Below, piece by piece: positions 35,369 to 49,311 of a stretch of 64,000 bases of DNA. The DNA is from Eledone cirrhosa (lineage: Eukaryota). Position 1 is the first letter of the stretch, and each line of letters opens with the position of its first letter. The translations under genes and the position numbers were made by a program. The stretch spans positions 95,294,001 through 95,358,000 of the forward strand of contig OZ024745.1 of the NCBI GenBank assembly GCA_964016885.1. Direction: 5' to 3'. The notes beneath the pieces are model-generated. The model was not told the DNA's origin, ran no database searches, and was given only the letters and a program-made list of their open reading frames with translations.

Positions 35369-38006
35369 CTCTGTACTTTGAAAGTACTGTGAAATCGAAT
35401 GCATTTTGAAAGATGTAATTAAATGTTTTTATTTTTTATCTTTTGGTGGACAGAAAAATGGTGATTAGTATTGATCTGGGTTTGATCTTAGTCACAATTA
35501 ATTCAGAATACACACATTCGCCTTTTTCTGTCCAGGAAAACAGATATAGTTTATTGGTATTTACACCCACTTTTATTAAATCGATTTGTCCGATTTTGTA
35601 TAAATAGCATTTTCTCTCACTATGTATTATTTAATTCATGGTGTGTTAAAAATATCTCTATATCTGCATTTCACTATTTATCCCTCTCTGTGGTGTGTAA
35701 TTGACACAATTTCGTGAAAGTAATATATATATATATTTGTGCATATACGCATGTATATGTATGTATATGTATGCATGTATGTGTATATATATATATATAA
35801 ATATGTGTGTGTGTGTGCATATGTGTGTGTGTATGTATGTATGTGTGTGTGTATTTTTTCTCACTAGTCAGTTCTTTCGTTGCTACAGATCACGCAGCTG
35901 AATTAGCGGTCGCTATTTTCAATTTGCAAAGCCCTTTAAACTGTACGTTATTACTCTGAGGTCTATACCTTGTCGAGTGCTTGGCTGCACTGCTGAAGGC
36001 ATTCGTTGGCTTAGCTGCTACTCGAACTTCGAACATGCTGTACTTTTGTATATATATATTTATATGTGTGTGGGGGGGGGGGTCAGTATTTGGTGAGATG
36101 GGGGTCGTTGTGTGTATTATAACATCGAAACATGTCCATTACATTAAATCCAGATCCACTCCGGTCCGCATCGTCTATATTAACCAAAACTTTCGATCAA
36201 CTGATCTCATAAGAGTTACCTCTCAAGCTTGATTTTAGATTTCAAACAGACATAGTTAAATGTTTGGTTTGTTTTGATTAAATCTAGGTCACGCATGCTT
36301 TTTGTTTTGTTTGTAAATATTTGTTTTTGGTGCTGAGCTCAAAAGTAATCTTCATTTTTGCCTGTATCGATATTTTATAAAATAATTTATTTTTGTATTT
36401 AGACCTTATATGATTCATTCTTCATTTAGGGATGGTTGTTGGCTTCTTTTTTATTCCTATGTTAAGAGAAAAATAAATCAATTTTATCTTTACTTTTCTC
36501 AAAGTTTAACAAATATATATATTGAACATATCAAAAACTCCACAAACTCGGAAATTTATGTTTCATTTGCTCAAAATACAAATTGACAAACTCAGAATCT
36601 TATACATTAATTTGCCCCAATTTTTCCAAATATATGTATTTAACTGTAACAAATTATATAATTTTCAATCTTAAATATGGAGCAGTTTAAAGATTTAAAG
36701 TATCGTGCAGATCACACTTTATATTTTTCGAACGCTTCCATCAGAATCCATATATAGTCTCTTATCATAGCCATATCTCAGTGGCACTGACATCCTCTCG
36801 CTGATTTTGCTCTTCATGAACCTTTTAATCATTCTTGTAGTGTAGATCAACAGCTTCCATATGCTACATGAGAAAACAAATGCTTGTTTTGGTGAATGAT
36901 AGCCATTAAGCGAATATTCTATGTTATCCAGAATTTTGAGAACTCTCTCAATTTTAGATGATATTCTCTTCGTTCTATCATCATATCGGTAAACAACACA
37001 ATTTGCCTGGCAGATATTTGCATTCTTTATATTCTAAAAAATATTAAGATTCCCAACTTTATAAAACAATCTGAAAAAGAAAATTATCAATTTATTTTAT
37101 GAATTATAAAAGCACTGAGAATGTTTGAAAATTGAGAGTGTGAGTCTCAAACGAAAGATCAGGATAAATAATAGTTGAGAAACATTTGGGTAAATTACCC
37201 GCAGGTAAATATACTATTCAGTCAACTATAAGTATCTCTCCAAAAATACAAATCAGTACGAGAAGTGTATCTGTGTAGTGGCCGGGAATAAAGAAAACCT
37301 AATAACATTTATATTTAATCACTACCCCGAATTTAGTGAAAACGAATCATAAACATACCTAATTTTTCGTTGTATAAACCCAGTAAATTGAAAGTGTAAT
37401 GAGTTGGAAAACAGATTACATTTCAAATGTATTTGTATTTTGTGTGAATTTATCTTGAATATTGGTGTCATTCATTATTCAGAAGCACTTCATTACCTAT
37501 ATTTCAATAAATATTGACTGAATAAAATACACTTCACTAAGGAGGTCTAAAGAGACCGAAATATGTATGTTACTTTCATCAATCACCTATAAAAATCAAC
37601 TATACTCCAATATGTATTGTTTGTATTGTCCAGGAATTTCGTTCAACTGATCTCGTTGGTGTTATATCCCTTCCTTGATGAATTGCTTAGATTTGAAACA
37701 CATAAAATGAGTTTTATCTAGTAATTGGGTTACGTGAACAATCGCAGTTGATACGTATGTATACAATGTTGTACTCACAAATCCGGTAAATAAAAATACA
37801 TTCATCCACATCTTTGGGTAAAGAATGACTTCGTAATGTTATTTTCGCTATTACACCTGCATGTATCATGGTACTTCAAACTTATAGTCCTATGTGTGTG
37901 TCGAACGTTCAGCTTATGATCGTGGTCAGGCATCGTAACCACTAGGCTGAATGCTTTCACATATATATATATATACGTAGATATAGTTTTCCATATGTAT
38001 GTATGT

Positions 38007-38050
<44 letters not shown>

Positions 38051-38055
<5 letters not shown>

Positions 38056-38115
38056 GATGAGATTCTACAGGACTAGAACTGTTTCATTCTTTAGTCCTGT
38101 AGAATCTCATCTATA
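38051..38115. repeat. 24-bp-arm inverted repeat next to (TA)n
   Basis: tatagatgagattctacaggacta ... tagtcctgtagaatctcatctata. Related sequence at about 44649-44675. Confidence 0.8.
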
Positions 38116-38190
38116 TTAAAACTTTTATACTCTGCTATGTATTGAGTACCTTACTTACTGTGGTTACCTCCGATTCAACCCGGAATAACT

Positions 38191-38250
<60 letters not shown>

Positions 38251-38819
38251 GTATACGTATAAATAGAGAGATATGTAAAATCCACACCAGCGCCAAGTGG
38301 TTTCGGGTTGTGTGTTCAGCAAGCGTAACCAAGGGTGTAGTCGTTGCTTATGTGAATCTTCAGCACGCAAATTCGGTTGGAGGTATTTGACATTTTGCGT
38401 GACGCTATGCGTCCCGTATTGACTCTGTACATTTTATAACATAACTTATTGTAATTATAAAAATGAAGTGGGATATTTCAAACTCTTATTTGACTATTAT
38501 GCTTGTATTAGATAGTTTTGTGACTTTAGCTTTGTGGTTACTGTTGAATAAAGGTTCTTTGTGTTCCATATAAAAATAAAGTTCTTTATCCTACAATATC
38601 ATCATGCTGAAGCTTTCGAAAGTTTAAATTCTATCAGTAATTTTCGTTTTTGTCAAAGTATTACTCACCAGAAATGTAGGCGTTATATTCAGTTTTAATA
38701 TAAACATTTGCAACAGGTAGGACACAGGGTTCCAGCCAGTTCTGGTTCTGGCAGACCAAATCGAATACATTTTTACAATTTGCTACCTGTAGTATAGACT
38801 GCACTTTCTTCCGTTTGTG

Positions 38820-38824
38820 ATGTG

Positions 38825-38911
<87 letters not shown>

Positions 38912-38916
38912 GTATA

Positions 38917-38976
<60 letters not shown>

Positions 38977-39061
38977 TATATATATATATGTATATATATA
39001 TGTGTATGTATATGTATGTATATATATGTATGTATATCATATATGTATGAACATATGTACG

Positions 39062-39092
<31 letters not shown>

Positions 39093-39132
39093 ATGTTTGT
39101 GTTTATATATATATATATACACACACATACAT

Positions 39133-39193
<61 letters not shown>
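38820..39193. repeat. Compound (TA)n/(TATG)n microsatellite
   Basis: Direct reading. Confidence 0.97.
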
Positions 39194-39195
<2 letters not shown>

Positions 39196-39289
39196 AGGTG
39201 AGTTTTATTGTAGTACAATAAAGCAATGCAGATATCGGATAAGTAGCACTCTAAAGTTTGGAGGACTGGAGTATAAATTATATATTCGT

Positions 39290-40965
39290 TAAATGTTCTT
39301 AATCCCAATCTATATCAAGAATCTATTATTCCTATCGTAAATAACTTCTCCAATCCAATTCCTTCTATAGATAACACTAGGTCACTTGTTAATAACTCTG
39401 CTAATTTCTCTAATCGCAATTGTAATTGCCCTGTTAAAAATAAATGTCCTCTCAACAATCATTGTCTTGAAAAAAACTTAATCTATGAATGCAAAGTTAC
39501 AACTGACACCAATTCCTTTACCTATTTTGGCTCCACTTCCACCTCCTTTAAAGCTCGTCTTTATAATCATTATTCGTCTTTTAAATACCAACTTAAAAGA
39601 ACCAACACGGCACTCTCAGAACTCATATGGTCCTTGAAAGACAAAAAATATTAACTATAACATCTCTTGGAGGAAGGTTTGTTCTGCTTCTCCATACTTG
39701 AATGCTTCTCTATCCAAGACATGTAATCTCTGTTTATGTGAGAAATTTACCATTATATCTAATTTAGATTCTATAATAAATAGACGCACTGACTTGTTTT
39801 CTCTCTGCTTGCATAAATTCCACAGAACATTCCATAAAGTATACAGCTAATATCTAATACTTTACCAATAAAAAATCCTTTTCTCAAAGGCACATATATA
39901 TATACATATATATTTCTTTAAAAATATACCCATCTTTCTACCTTATTTCAATGTTATTTATTATACATTTTATAATTCTAGTTACTCATTCTATATCACT
40001 CCTATTTATCACTTCCCTTTCTTTCTTTTTTTCCTTTTTTCTTTTAATTTCTAACCTCTAATCTGTACCTTTTCTTCCTAGATACTTCTCAATTCTCATT
40101 ATTACTCACCACAATATATCCACTCTTCCTTCTTCCATCCTATCACTGGCCATAAAATGTAATATTCCCCTTTTAAATACTTTATAGTATCACCTTGAAA
40201 AATCCTTCGTAAACATAAACATTTTTTTGACGTTAGATTATTCATCCTCAATTCATTATTTTTTTCTCCCTTTCATGCTCAACTAACTTCTACATATTAC
40301 ACATATTCATCCGCTCTTCTACTTCTTTTCACAATATATCCTTAATTACATTACTATTTTTATATTTTTTTTAATAATACATATCAACAATTTCTTTCCA
40401 TCGCACATATTAAACCCTTCAATATTCAAACATTAACTTAATATTATTCTTAATACATATTAAAAATCTCTTTTCATCGCACATATTATTAAACCCTTCA
40501 ATATACAAACCTTAATTTAACATTATTCAAAACTTTTTCTCTTCGTTAATTCTCAAATTCTTTTAATTTATATATTATCTTCCAACGGTTTTTAACCTCT
40601 CTCTGTAAAACAATATATTTTTCTCGGTTATAAAAGCTATCTCTCTCTCTCTATCACCCATCTCTCCTCCTATCTCATCATTCCTTATTATACTCCTCCC
40701 CCTCCATTATTTACTCTCATCTCCTCCTCTTTTTAATCCTTTCCACCCCCTCCCCCCTCATTTTTTTTCCCAATATCACACATCAATCTAAAACTACTTT
40801 TCATATGTTGATTTAAAACTGCACTATTCACAAGTGTTTTTTAACCTTAATATCATGTCTCCCTATTTTATCTGTCGAAAACGCAAATGTCATCGCATGA
40901 TGATATTTGTTTTTGAAATGCGCATAATAAAATACATGGAACTCTTTTAACCATCTTTTGATCTT
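39290..40965 (+). mobile_element. 5'-truncated PLE relic (GIY-YIG, possibly Nematis-type), same family as 4765-6465
   Basis: CNCPVKNKCPLNNHCLEKNLIYECKV...YFGSTSTSFKARLYNH...CNLCLCEK. Mutated hammerhead (CTGTCGA) at 40866-40932. Ends at (TA)n. Confidence 0.85.
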
Positions 40966-41275
40966 ATATATATATATATATATATATAAACATGCACGTA
41001 CATATCCTCCCATATACATACCTTCAATTGATTCGTGTTTTTCTTTACTCTCCTAAGCATACTCACTTCCTTCTGTGTTATTGTTTCCGATGAATTATTA
41101 CTGTTGGAAACACCATAACTATATTAAAGCGAAAATACTGTCTCACTCAAAATCACGTTACTTAAAGTTTTACGTGGATGTATTTTTCACACCGAGTCAA
41201 TGATTTTAGAGAAACAAATAGACATAAACTCTAGGAATCAAAATGAGTGTTCCTTTCGTTTATGCATTCATTTAC

Positions 41276-41397
<122 letters not shown>

Positions 41398-41775
41398 TTA
41401 TACCAAAGGTTTCATGGCAGAAGGGGCAGAGGGAACAGAAATTGTATGATGTGTGTAGCGAAGGCTACTCTGAAATTAAACTAGTTTACGTTTGAGGTCT
41501 AACAGGAAATGTTAATAAATATATAAATCATAGAATTATATTAGGTGTGCGGAGAAAGAGAAAATAAGATAAAATGCAGAAGCCTGCAAAACGTTTTATA
41601 GATGGTTGGAGAGAAAATCGATGTCAAACTGGTTTCGTGTATGGGGGAAGTCATTTAAAGACGGGTGAAGCGATGAGAATAGTTTGTGAGAATATTGTAT
41701 TATTTTGTAATGGACTGTGATCTTGCACGATATTTCTAAAGTGAGTTTTGTAAGTTTAGCATAGTAAGCAGGAGA

Positions 41776-42230
41776 TCAGAGAGCAAGTGTCCTTTTGAAA
41801 GACAAACATCTCCTGAACATCCCACTTTTCGTTTTAAAGTATTCATTGAAATATTTTAAACCATGGAGAATTTTGCCCTTCTCATTAGTACAAAGCCCAC
41901 ATTTCTTTGATCTGTTAGTATATGGACTGGGCTTTTCTCGAATTATTCGTTTTATTTTAGGGCCTATACCGTCATCCTTTAATTCCCATACATGTTTCGC
42001 CATTGCAGTCATTATTTTCATTTCAGAGTGTCTGAAACTCCAGATATCCGAGTAAAGTCTCTGATAAACTTGTCTTTGACGATACTCATATTTTTCTGCG
42101 TACTGCTTAACTGGTGTTCTCAGGTAAAATTACTGCTTCATATATCATCAATTTTATATTACAAGCTGGTTGTAGTTGACCTACGTCCTTTATCTTACAT
42201 GAGCATCCAAATTCATCTCTAGGTATATGT
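41776..42230 (-). pseudogene. Degraded PLE GIY-YIG C-terminal relic
   Basis: TAMAKHVWELKD...PYTNRSKKCGLCTNEK aligns by eye with T.LS..IW.LKD...C.LCL.EK. Confidence 0.6.
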
Positions 42231-42265
42231 CTTGCAGTAGAAACGTTTTAATACATCTTATTCAA

Positions 42266-42456
42266 TTAATTGTTTCTACTTTTGGCACAAGGCCAGCAAT
42301 TACCCAGTGCATTACTGGTACTTTATTTTATCGACCCAGTAAGGATGAAAGGCAAAGTTAACCTCGGCGGGATTTGAACTCAGATTATAAAGGGCCGTAA
42401 CTCTTTGATGCAAAGCATGGCGTCCGACTCTCTACCGATACTGCCAATCCACCACC
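42266..42456 (-). mobile_element. SINE S1 with TSD
   Basis: TSD acatcttattcaattaat at 42253 and 42457. Confidence 0.92.
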
Positions 42457-42955
42457 ACATCTTATTCAATTAATGCTTATGATTTTTTGTGCAATAACAC
42501 TTTCTTTCACAAAGCTGTTTATACAAAAACAAAACATTCTATTAAAGGGAACAAACAACAAGGAAATGAAAAGAGGAAAACTTAAGTTATTATTGACTTT
42601 GTGGGAATACCAGCAAAAATAACAGAATACTGCAGAGCTTCAATACTTCCGATGAATACCTTGAACTATTACAATATTCTCACACTCTTTTCCCACGCCA
42701 CTTTACTCTTCTAAGAAACACTCCTTACTCAAGACCATTTTGGCACACACTTTTTATCTAACCATGAACATACCACCTATATAACTTCTTTGAACCATAC
42801 ACTCAATGTAATTCTTCAATTTAAATATTTACTTATTTCCCCAGTGGTATCCGAAAAGTAAATTATATAAGACCCTTAGTTACCTCTACTATATCAGTTC
42901 TGTTCCCTTATTCATTTACACCAGATATTTCACCATATCTTGCTCGACCATTTGT

Positions 42956-43033
42956 GATACATTTCACATGATCTGGCAAATATTGCTTGCATATTGATAC
43001 ATTTCACATGGTCTGGCAAATATTGCTTGCATT
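42956..43033. repeat. 40-bp tandem duplication
   Basis: gatacatttcacatg(a/g)tctggcaaatattgcttgcat occurs twice. Confidence 0.85.
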
Positions 43034-43156
43034 TAAGCAATATTATCACAGCGCGAAACCTTTCGTAGCGCAATGAATTTTCATGCATGTGAATCATAGT
43101 AAATTAGTTCTGTTGATATACTGAGCGTTGTATCTTTTTGTTGATATATATTCTCG

Positions 43157-43206
<50 letters not shown>

Positions 43207-43332
43207 GTATATATTGACATATATATACATCTTTTTTTCATATATATAATTAGATATACATACATACATGCATACATACATGCATACATACATGCATACA
43301 TACATGCATACAGACTAACAGGCAGAGAGTCA

Positions 43333-44205
43333 TCATATGTGTCGAAAAAGTATCCGACTTTATTTTTTTTTTTTTTTTATTCGTGGGAGGTACTGATATT
43401 AGGGAGACAAATGTGTGCAGATTAGCGCGGCATACGTTTGTGCGCATGCGAAGTTTTTCGATGCGTCAGGTGCTACCCATCAACCTGTGTATGAGTTGCT
43501 GTTCTTGAATACTTTGATAAATGGAGAGATGACGTCCGCGTATGGCTACGACCCGGTAACTAAATCTCTAAACCTCAGTCATCACACAGTGGAAACAACC
43601 ATCGTCACCAAGTGTCAGAAAAGCACGTCACGTACAGACATAAATCAATGCAATACTGATAGTTTTCTTTGACTATCGAGTTATTGTCTCTCACAAATAC
43701 GCGCCAAAAGGACAAAGTTTAGAACGTGGTACCATTAAGAAGTACTCCGAAGTTTTTGTGGTGCAGTTCAGCTGAAGTGATCGGATCGGCTAGCCTAGCA
43801 AAAATGACGCCTATGTCATAAGGACGCCCTGGCTCATTCTTCTCAAGTGATATAATGTGTCTTGGCAAAGAAAGGCATTTCTCTTTAATCACCTAGCCTC
43901 CTACTCTGCAAACATGGCTCCTTCTGACGTCTGGTACCCCCCCCCCCCCCCCCCAAAAAAAAAAAAATGAAGATGCCACTGAAAGACTTTCGCTTAGAGA
44001 ATTGAGAAGGTATCACTTGGAGTACGACGTAGAGCTGTGTGTCAATCTGGAAGTATTCCAAACGCGCTTCCAACAGTGGAGGGATTACTAGCCTAAATGT
44101 ATGGACACACTGGGGGCCTACTTCAAAGAATTATAGCAATTACACTTCACCAAGTACGGATATTTTCCAATCCTAAGGTCGGATACGTTTTCGGGAGATC
44201 TCATA
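43333..44205 (+). mobile_element. Degraded, internally deleted mariner transposon
   Basis: TIR remnants cgaaaaagtatccgacttt / aggtcggatacgttttcg. Translation relics YGYDPVTK, QWKQPSSP..KAR, LIVFFD, YS..MAPSD and FQQW. Confidence 0.75.
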
Positions 44206-44236
44206 TATGTATTTTTTTTCACTAGCTCTGACAGTA

Positions 44237-44285
44237 AATTGCACTGATGAAGGGTAATCACCCAGAAACATTAGCGTCTGCAGTT
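44237..44285 (+). ncRNA. Type I hammerhead ribozyme
   Basis: aattgca-CTGATGA-a gggt aatc accc a-GAAA-cattagcg-tc-tgcagtt (GUC). Confidence 0.8.
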
Positions 44286-44775
44286 CTTTTTGCATGCCAA
44301 CACAAGAGTAAGAATGAGCGGCTCATTCTACTAATATGGCTTAAAAGAGGCTGTTTGCATAATTGCAAACGAATTGAATATTATTATCAATTATCAATTA
44401 TTATTCAAATACCTCAGATTATATTTATTGTATTCAGCCATGTAGAGCGATAACTAGTTGTTAGTTATTATATATATGTGTGTGTATGTGTAAGTCCCGG
44501 GTTCAATCGGAGGTAATCACAGTAAGTAAGGTACTCAATACATTAGCAAAGTGTAAACATCAAGTTTAATACAGAAATGGCTTCTACACGACTAGAACGG
44601 TTTCCTTTGAAAGAAATCATCAAGAAAGCCTTCCTGGTGATTTCTTTCGAATGAAATAGTTCTAGTCCTGTAGAAGCCACTTCTATATTAACATTGATAT
44701 ATATATATACATACAGACATACATACAGACATACATATATATATATATATACATATACATACATACATATGTATG

Positions 44776-44829
44776 AGTTATAAGTATTTGATATTGATTC
44801 AATATTGCATTCGTTATACACATACACAC

Positions 44830-44892
<63 letters not shown>

Positions 44893-45006
44893 CAAAGGGA
44901 TATTTAGTTTGTTGGTAATTCAACAAATATATATATTTATAACAGATTCGAAGCACTCGACAGATTTTTCTGGAGTATTATATCAATGATATTAATGATA
45001 TTAATG

Positions 45007-45042
<36 letters not shown>

Positions 45043-45090
45043 ATGTGTATAACGAATGCAATATTGAATCAATATCAAATACTTATAACT
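44776..45090. repeat. Inverted repeat pair (about 55 bp) around (TA)n tracts
   Basis: 44776-44830 is the reverse complement of 45036-45090. Confidence 0.8.
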
Positions 45091-46317
45091 TATACAAAAA
45101 GAATGAAAACGATGTTGGAATAATATGCTTTTATCATCGTTTATTATCAGAATGATATTCATAAGCTTTATTATTGTTACGTTCTTTGTACTTGCAGCGT
45201 TTTTTACATTGTTTTCTTTCGGGATATGTTTATTTAAAATTCAAATGAGAAGTGATATTACTTTGTGTGTGGGTTGTTTTCCTTAGAAATATATTATACT
45301 GAAATATTATTGTTTTGTCTTATACTTGATTTAAAATGAAACATATTTCAAGAGAATAAATTGAAAATATATAATTCATAAGGAAGCAAGTAATTTTCAA
45401 ACAGGTGTTTTTTAAAAAACTGGGAGGATTTTCTTTTCACGTTAATGATTTGATCTAATATTCGATAACTATGCTTTATTTGGTGATATTAAATATTTTA
45501 TATTTCTTTAAATTTCTCAACTATTTACTAAATATTTAGAGTAGATCGTATCGTGCGAATTGACAGATTGAAAAATTTCCATCTATTCTATTTCAGTCTA
45601 GAAGGAGCTGGAAACTTTGAATTAAAAATATATAAGATATAAAGACTAAAAAAAAGTGTCTATTTTTGTATGGTGTAAACACTGTTTTTATGTTACTTAT
45701 TGATGTAAACAAATAAGAATATTTAAAATGGTTATCTCAATGGTTCACTAGAATTTGTTGTTGTTATTGCTATTCATATTGCTAACTGAGTGAAATATAA
45801 TCACTGCGAAACGTTATAATTAAAAAATATTGGAAAATACTACATTTTTGCAACGTTTCCGAAATATATTTCAATTATAAACATTGAAATGATTGATGTG
45901 CTTACCGTTGCTATTTAAGCTAAGGTCATTCTTGATTGAGCAGACATGTTGAAAAACTTTTTAGCTTTGGCCATACTCTGTCACCATTATAAAGTATCTA
46001 GGATTACATCATCCTCTTTCCTCAAGACTGTAAGCTGTGAATTGATTGGTATTCGACTGCTAATTATCGGCAGACAATTATGAAGAGTTATAGTATAATA
46101 GTCTCTTTCTCTCTTAATTGATAATTTATAGATCTTGGAATGAGTTTATATATTTATATATTATATATATTAAATGAAGTGAACAACTAAAAGCCAATAC
46201 TTTTGAATTCGTGGTATAAAACGTCGATGCCTACAATCGTAAGTTGCTGCAAGCAATTCCACTTCCACGAGAGTCATACAAATGTAATACAAGTAAAACA
46301 TGTCAGTCGTGAATGGA

Positions 46318-46486
46318 CGCAGTCTTATTTGGAACAATGCATAAGAAGATATCTTTCAATCAGACTCGATCTAGGGAGTTATAAGTAAACTACTTCACTT
46401 GTGGTTATTGTTATAGATTTTCCAGACATTCTGTAGGCCAAACAAGATACAATTGATAAATTAAGTACAGAAGCCAAATTAATAGA
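46318..46486 (+). repeat. Local duplication, second copy at 49166-49303 plus 51800-51833
   Basis: agtcttatttggaacaat...aacaagatacaatt and gataaatt.agtacagaagccaaattaataga are shared. The second copy is split by Helitrons. Confidence 0.75.
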
Positions 46487-47476
46487 TTTCCCTTCATAAA
46501 TATAAAATGATCTCTTTGTTCCAATATCAGTAACTGTGAGGGAAAGAAACAAGATTTAAACCACCAAAAAGCCACAATAACAACGCAGCTTCAATCCCTT
46601 GTGAAACAATTTCGCCATTCTTATGTTACTAAAGCACTTTGAGAGGACATAAACTTCTCATATCTTGCTTGATATAACGGTTATTTTCTCCTGCTTTCCT
46701 GCAACCGTCAACTTGCAACTGGTGAAGAGGAACATTAATCGACTTGATCTTACCAGTATCGAGGAGCCTGAGAAGGCTATAGGCCTAACCTCTTTCTTCA
46801 AAACAATCCAATAAATATATATATGTACTTTCTTTCTTTTCTAGATGCTGGTAGCTGAAGATTATAGAATGCTAAGGTTATTACGATATTTAATTAGTTC
46901 CTCTCAAATATAAATTCAAATATCTCACTAGACTTTATATTTCAACCATCTGACAGACGAATTGGCATTTGTTATATACGACAATCAATATCAATCTCCT
47001 AAACATGGGAGAATTGTTTATTTATTGAACATCCCAAAAAAGGAAATGCAAAGCTAACTTCAGCTGGATTTGTACCCAAGGTGCAGTTATTCTACGGAAT
47101 TCCGATAGTTTACACAAATCTTTAGGTACGATATATGACAGCAATGCAGACTTGTGACATTCCTGGCATTCTCAAGAGCATCAGCGACCTAATTGAAATG
47201 AAATGGCTACAGACCAAATTCAAAACATCTACTTAACACACTTAAGAAACTTTGTTTGATATTCTAAAGCAACCACTACACTTCTTAACATAATGGTTCT
47301 TTTACACTGAAGTAAACAAGAAAGAAGAAAAGGAATTATAACATTTCATGCTAGATATATGGGAACTTCTGATATAAACTTTATTTAACTTGGGTTGAAA
47401 TTTACTCATGATCTCAGTCTATCTGGAAATTATGGTGAGAATTACTTTTGGAATTATTACACACTTTTGACTAAAA

Positions 47477-48150
47477 GAGAAAACTTCTGTTCTGAAGATG
47501 CGAAATGGTATGATATGGTATTCATGACTTTCTGAAGAGTAATAGCGACGTAAGAGATGAGAGAATTTCTGTTCTGGGGATGAGAAATGGTATGTTTTCA
47601 TGACTTTCTGAAGAGTAATCATGATGTAAGAGATTAGAGAACTTCTGTTCTGAAGATGAGAAATGGTATGTTTTCATGACTTTCTGAAGAGTAATCATGA
47701 TGTAAGAGATTAGAGAACTTCTGTTCTGAAGATGAGAAATGGTATGTTTTCATGACTTTCTGAAGAGTAATCATGATGTAAGAGATTAGAGAACTTCTGT
47801 TCTGAAGATGAGAAATGGTATGTTTTCATGACTTTCTGAAGAGTAATCATGATGTAAGAGATTAGAGAACTTCTGTTCTGAAGATGAGAAATGGTATGTT
47901 TTCATGACTTTCTGAAGAGTAATCATGATGTAAGAGATTAGAGAACTTCTGTTCTGAAGATGAGAAATGGTATGTTTTCATGACTTTCTGAAGAGTAATC
48001 ATGATGTAAGAGATTAGAGAACTTCTGTTCTGAAGATGAGAAATGGTATGTTTTCATGACTTTCTGAAGAGTAATCATGATGTAAGAGATTAGAGAACTT
48101 CTGTTTTGAAGATGAGAAATGGTATGTTTTCATGACTTTCTGAAGAGTAA
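47477..48150. repeat. 76-bp minisatellite, about 9 copies
   Basis: Unit gagaacttctgttctgaagatgagaaatggtatgttttcatgactttctgaagagtaatcatgatgtaagagatta. The first two units are divergent. Confidence 0.95.
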
Positions 48151-48590
48151 TGTAAGGGAAAAAGAATTAATTTTTCTACAGACTGAAACTGCGTCACAAT
48201 CTCAGCTTATTCCTCTAGCTAGGGTGCAAACCCTTCCTCTAAGTATATTGATTTGAAAATGTTTCTTTTTCAATCTTTTCTCTTAGTCTGATAAATGAAT
48301 TAGCACTAATTTTAGAGGAAAGAAAATTTGTATTTACCCAATATTGATGTATACTGATTAGAATGCAGACATATAATTTAGTTCCTTGAAAATTTATATT
48401 CTGTCATTAATGCCACCAATGATCAATTTTGAAAATCTTTTAACATTCAGAACAAAATGTTTTCGATTTTTAACTTTTCTTGTTTTAATTTGAAATCAGT
48501 AATAAACACTTAATGGTTATTCTAGCTGAGTACAAATCATCTATGTTGGTGACATACAGTTCTACGTTTCTGTGTACGTAAGAACTATTA

Positions 48591-48761
48591 TCAATTTATG
48601 AATACCTGTACTAGACTCTACAATATTTCTGCGATAAATATATTCAATTTTATGAATACCTGTACTAGACTCTACAATATTTCTGCGATAAATATATTCA
48701 ATTTTATGAATACCTGTACTAGACTCTACAATATTTCTGCGATAAATATATTCAATTTTAT
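48591..48761. repeat. 54-bp tandem repeat, about 3 copies
   Basis: atgaatacctg at 48598, 48652 and 48706. Confidence 0.95.
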
Positions 48762-49311
48762 TTCATACAATGCACCTAACATTGAATTATTTTAATATGC
48801 ACATAGAAAAACCTGAATCGGGAAGTTTGAGCGTTGTATATTTAACGAGTATCCAATCAACGTGTATGACTGTATTCAAGGTTTCTTTGAAGTGGGGTGT
48901 ACGTAGCTGATTGTTTCTAAATTAATTCCGAAGTCAACAGGATCGAAAGAAGCTCAGTCAGTTAATTGTAACTGTTTCAATAGTACAGTGTTGAAAAGTA
49001 AAAAGGATGAAATACAAAATTAAATTCAATAAACAAAATAAATAAATAAATGAATAAATAAATAAATAAGAAAAGAAAGACAGAAAGGCAGAAAGACAGA
49101 AAGACAGAAAGAAAGAACGTCGAGATCTACACATTAGTATTATGGAGTTATGCAAATGTAATACACAGTCTTATTTGGAACAATACATAAGAAGATATCT
49201 TTCAAGCAGACTCAATCTAGGGAGTTACAAGTAAACTACATCACTTGTGGTTATTGTTATTATATATTTTCCAGACATGATATGGGCCAAACAAGATACA
49301 ATTATAAACTA

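Noticed and set aside
37530-37572. Hammerhead-like ctaagga-ggtc..gacc-gaaa
   Set aside because: Core mutated (CTAAGGA) and stem I not evident.
38661-39308. Long YI/VC/HT/ER/LS-repeat ORFs here and elsewhere
   Set aside because: They are translations of stop-free microsatellites.
40866-40932. Active hammerhead in the second PLE relic
   Set aside because: Core is CTGTCGA, so it is likely inactive although the stems are intact.
47477-48150. CRISPR-like array or tandem hammerheads (CTGAAGA twice per unit)
   Set aside because: No unique spacers and no cas genes in a eukaryotic context. No GAAA or stem III at the required position.
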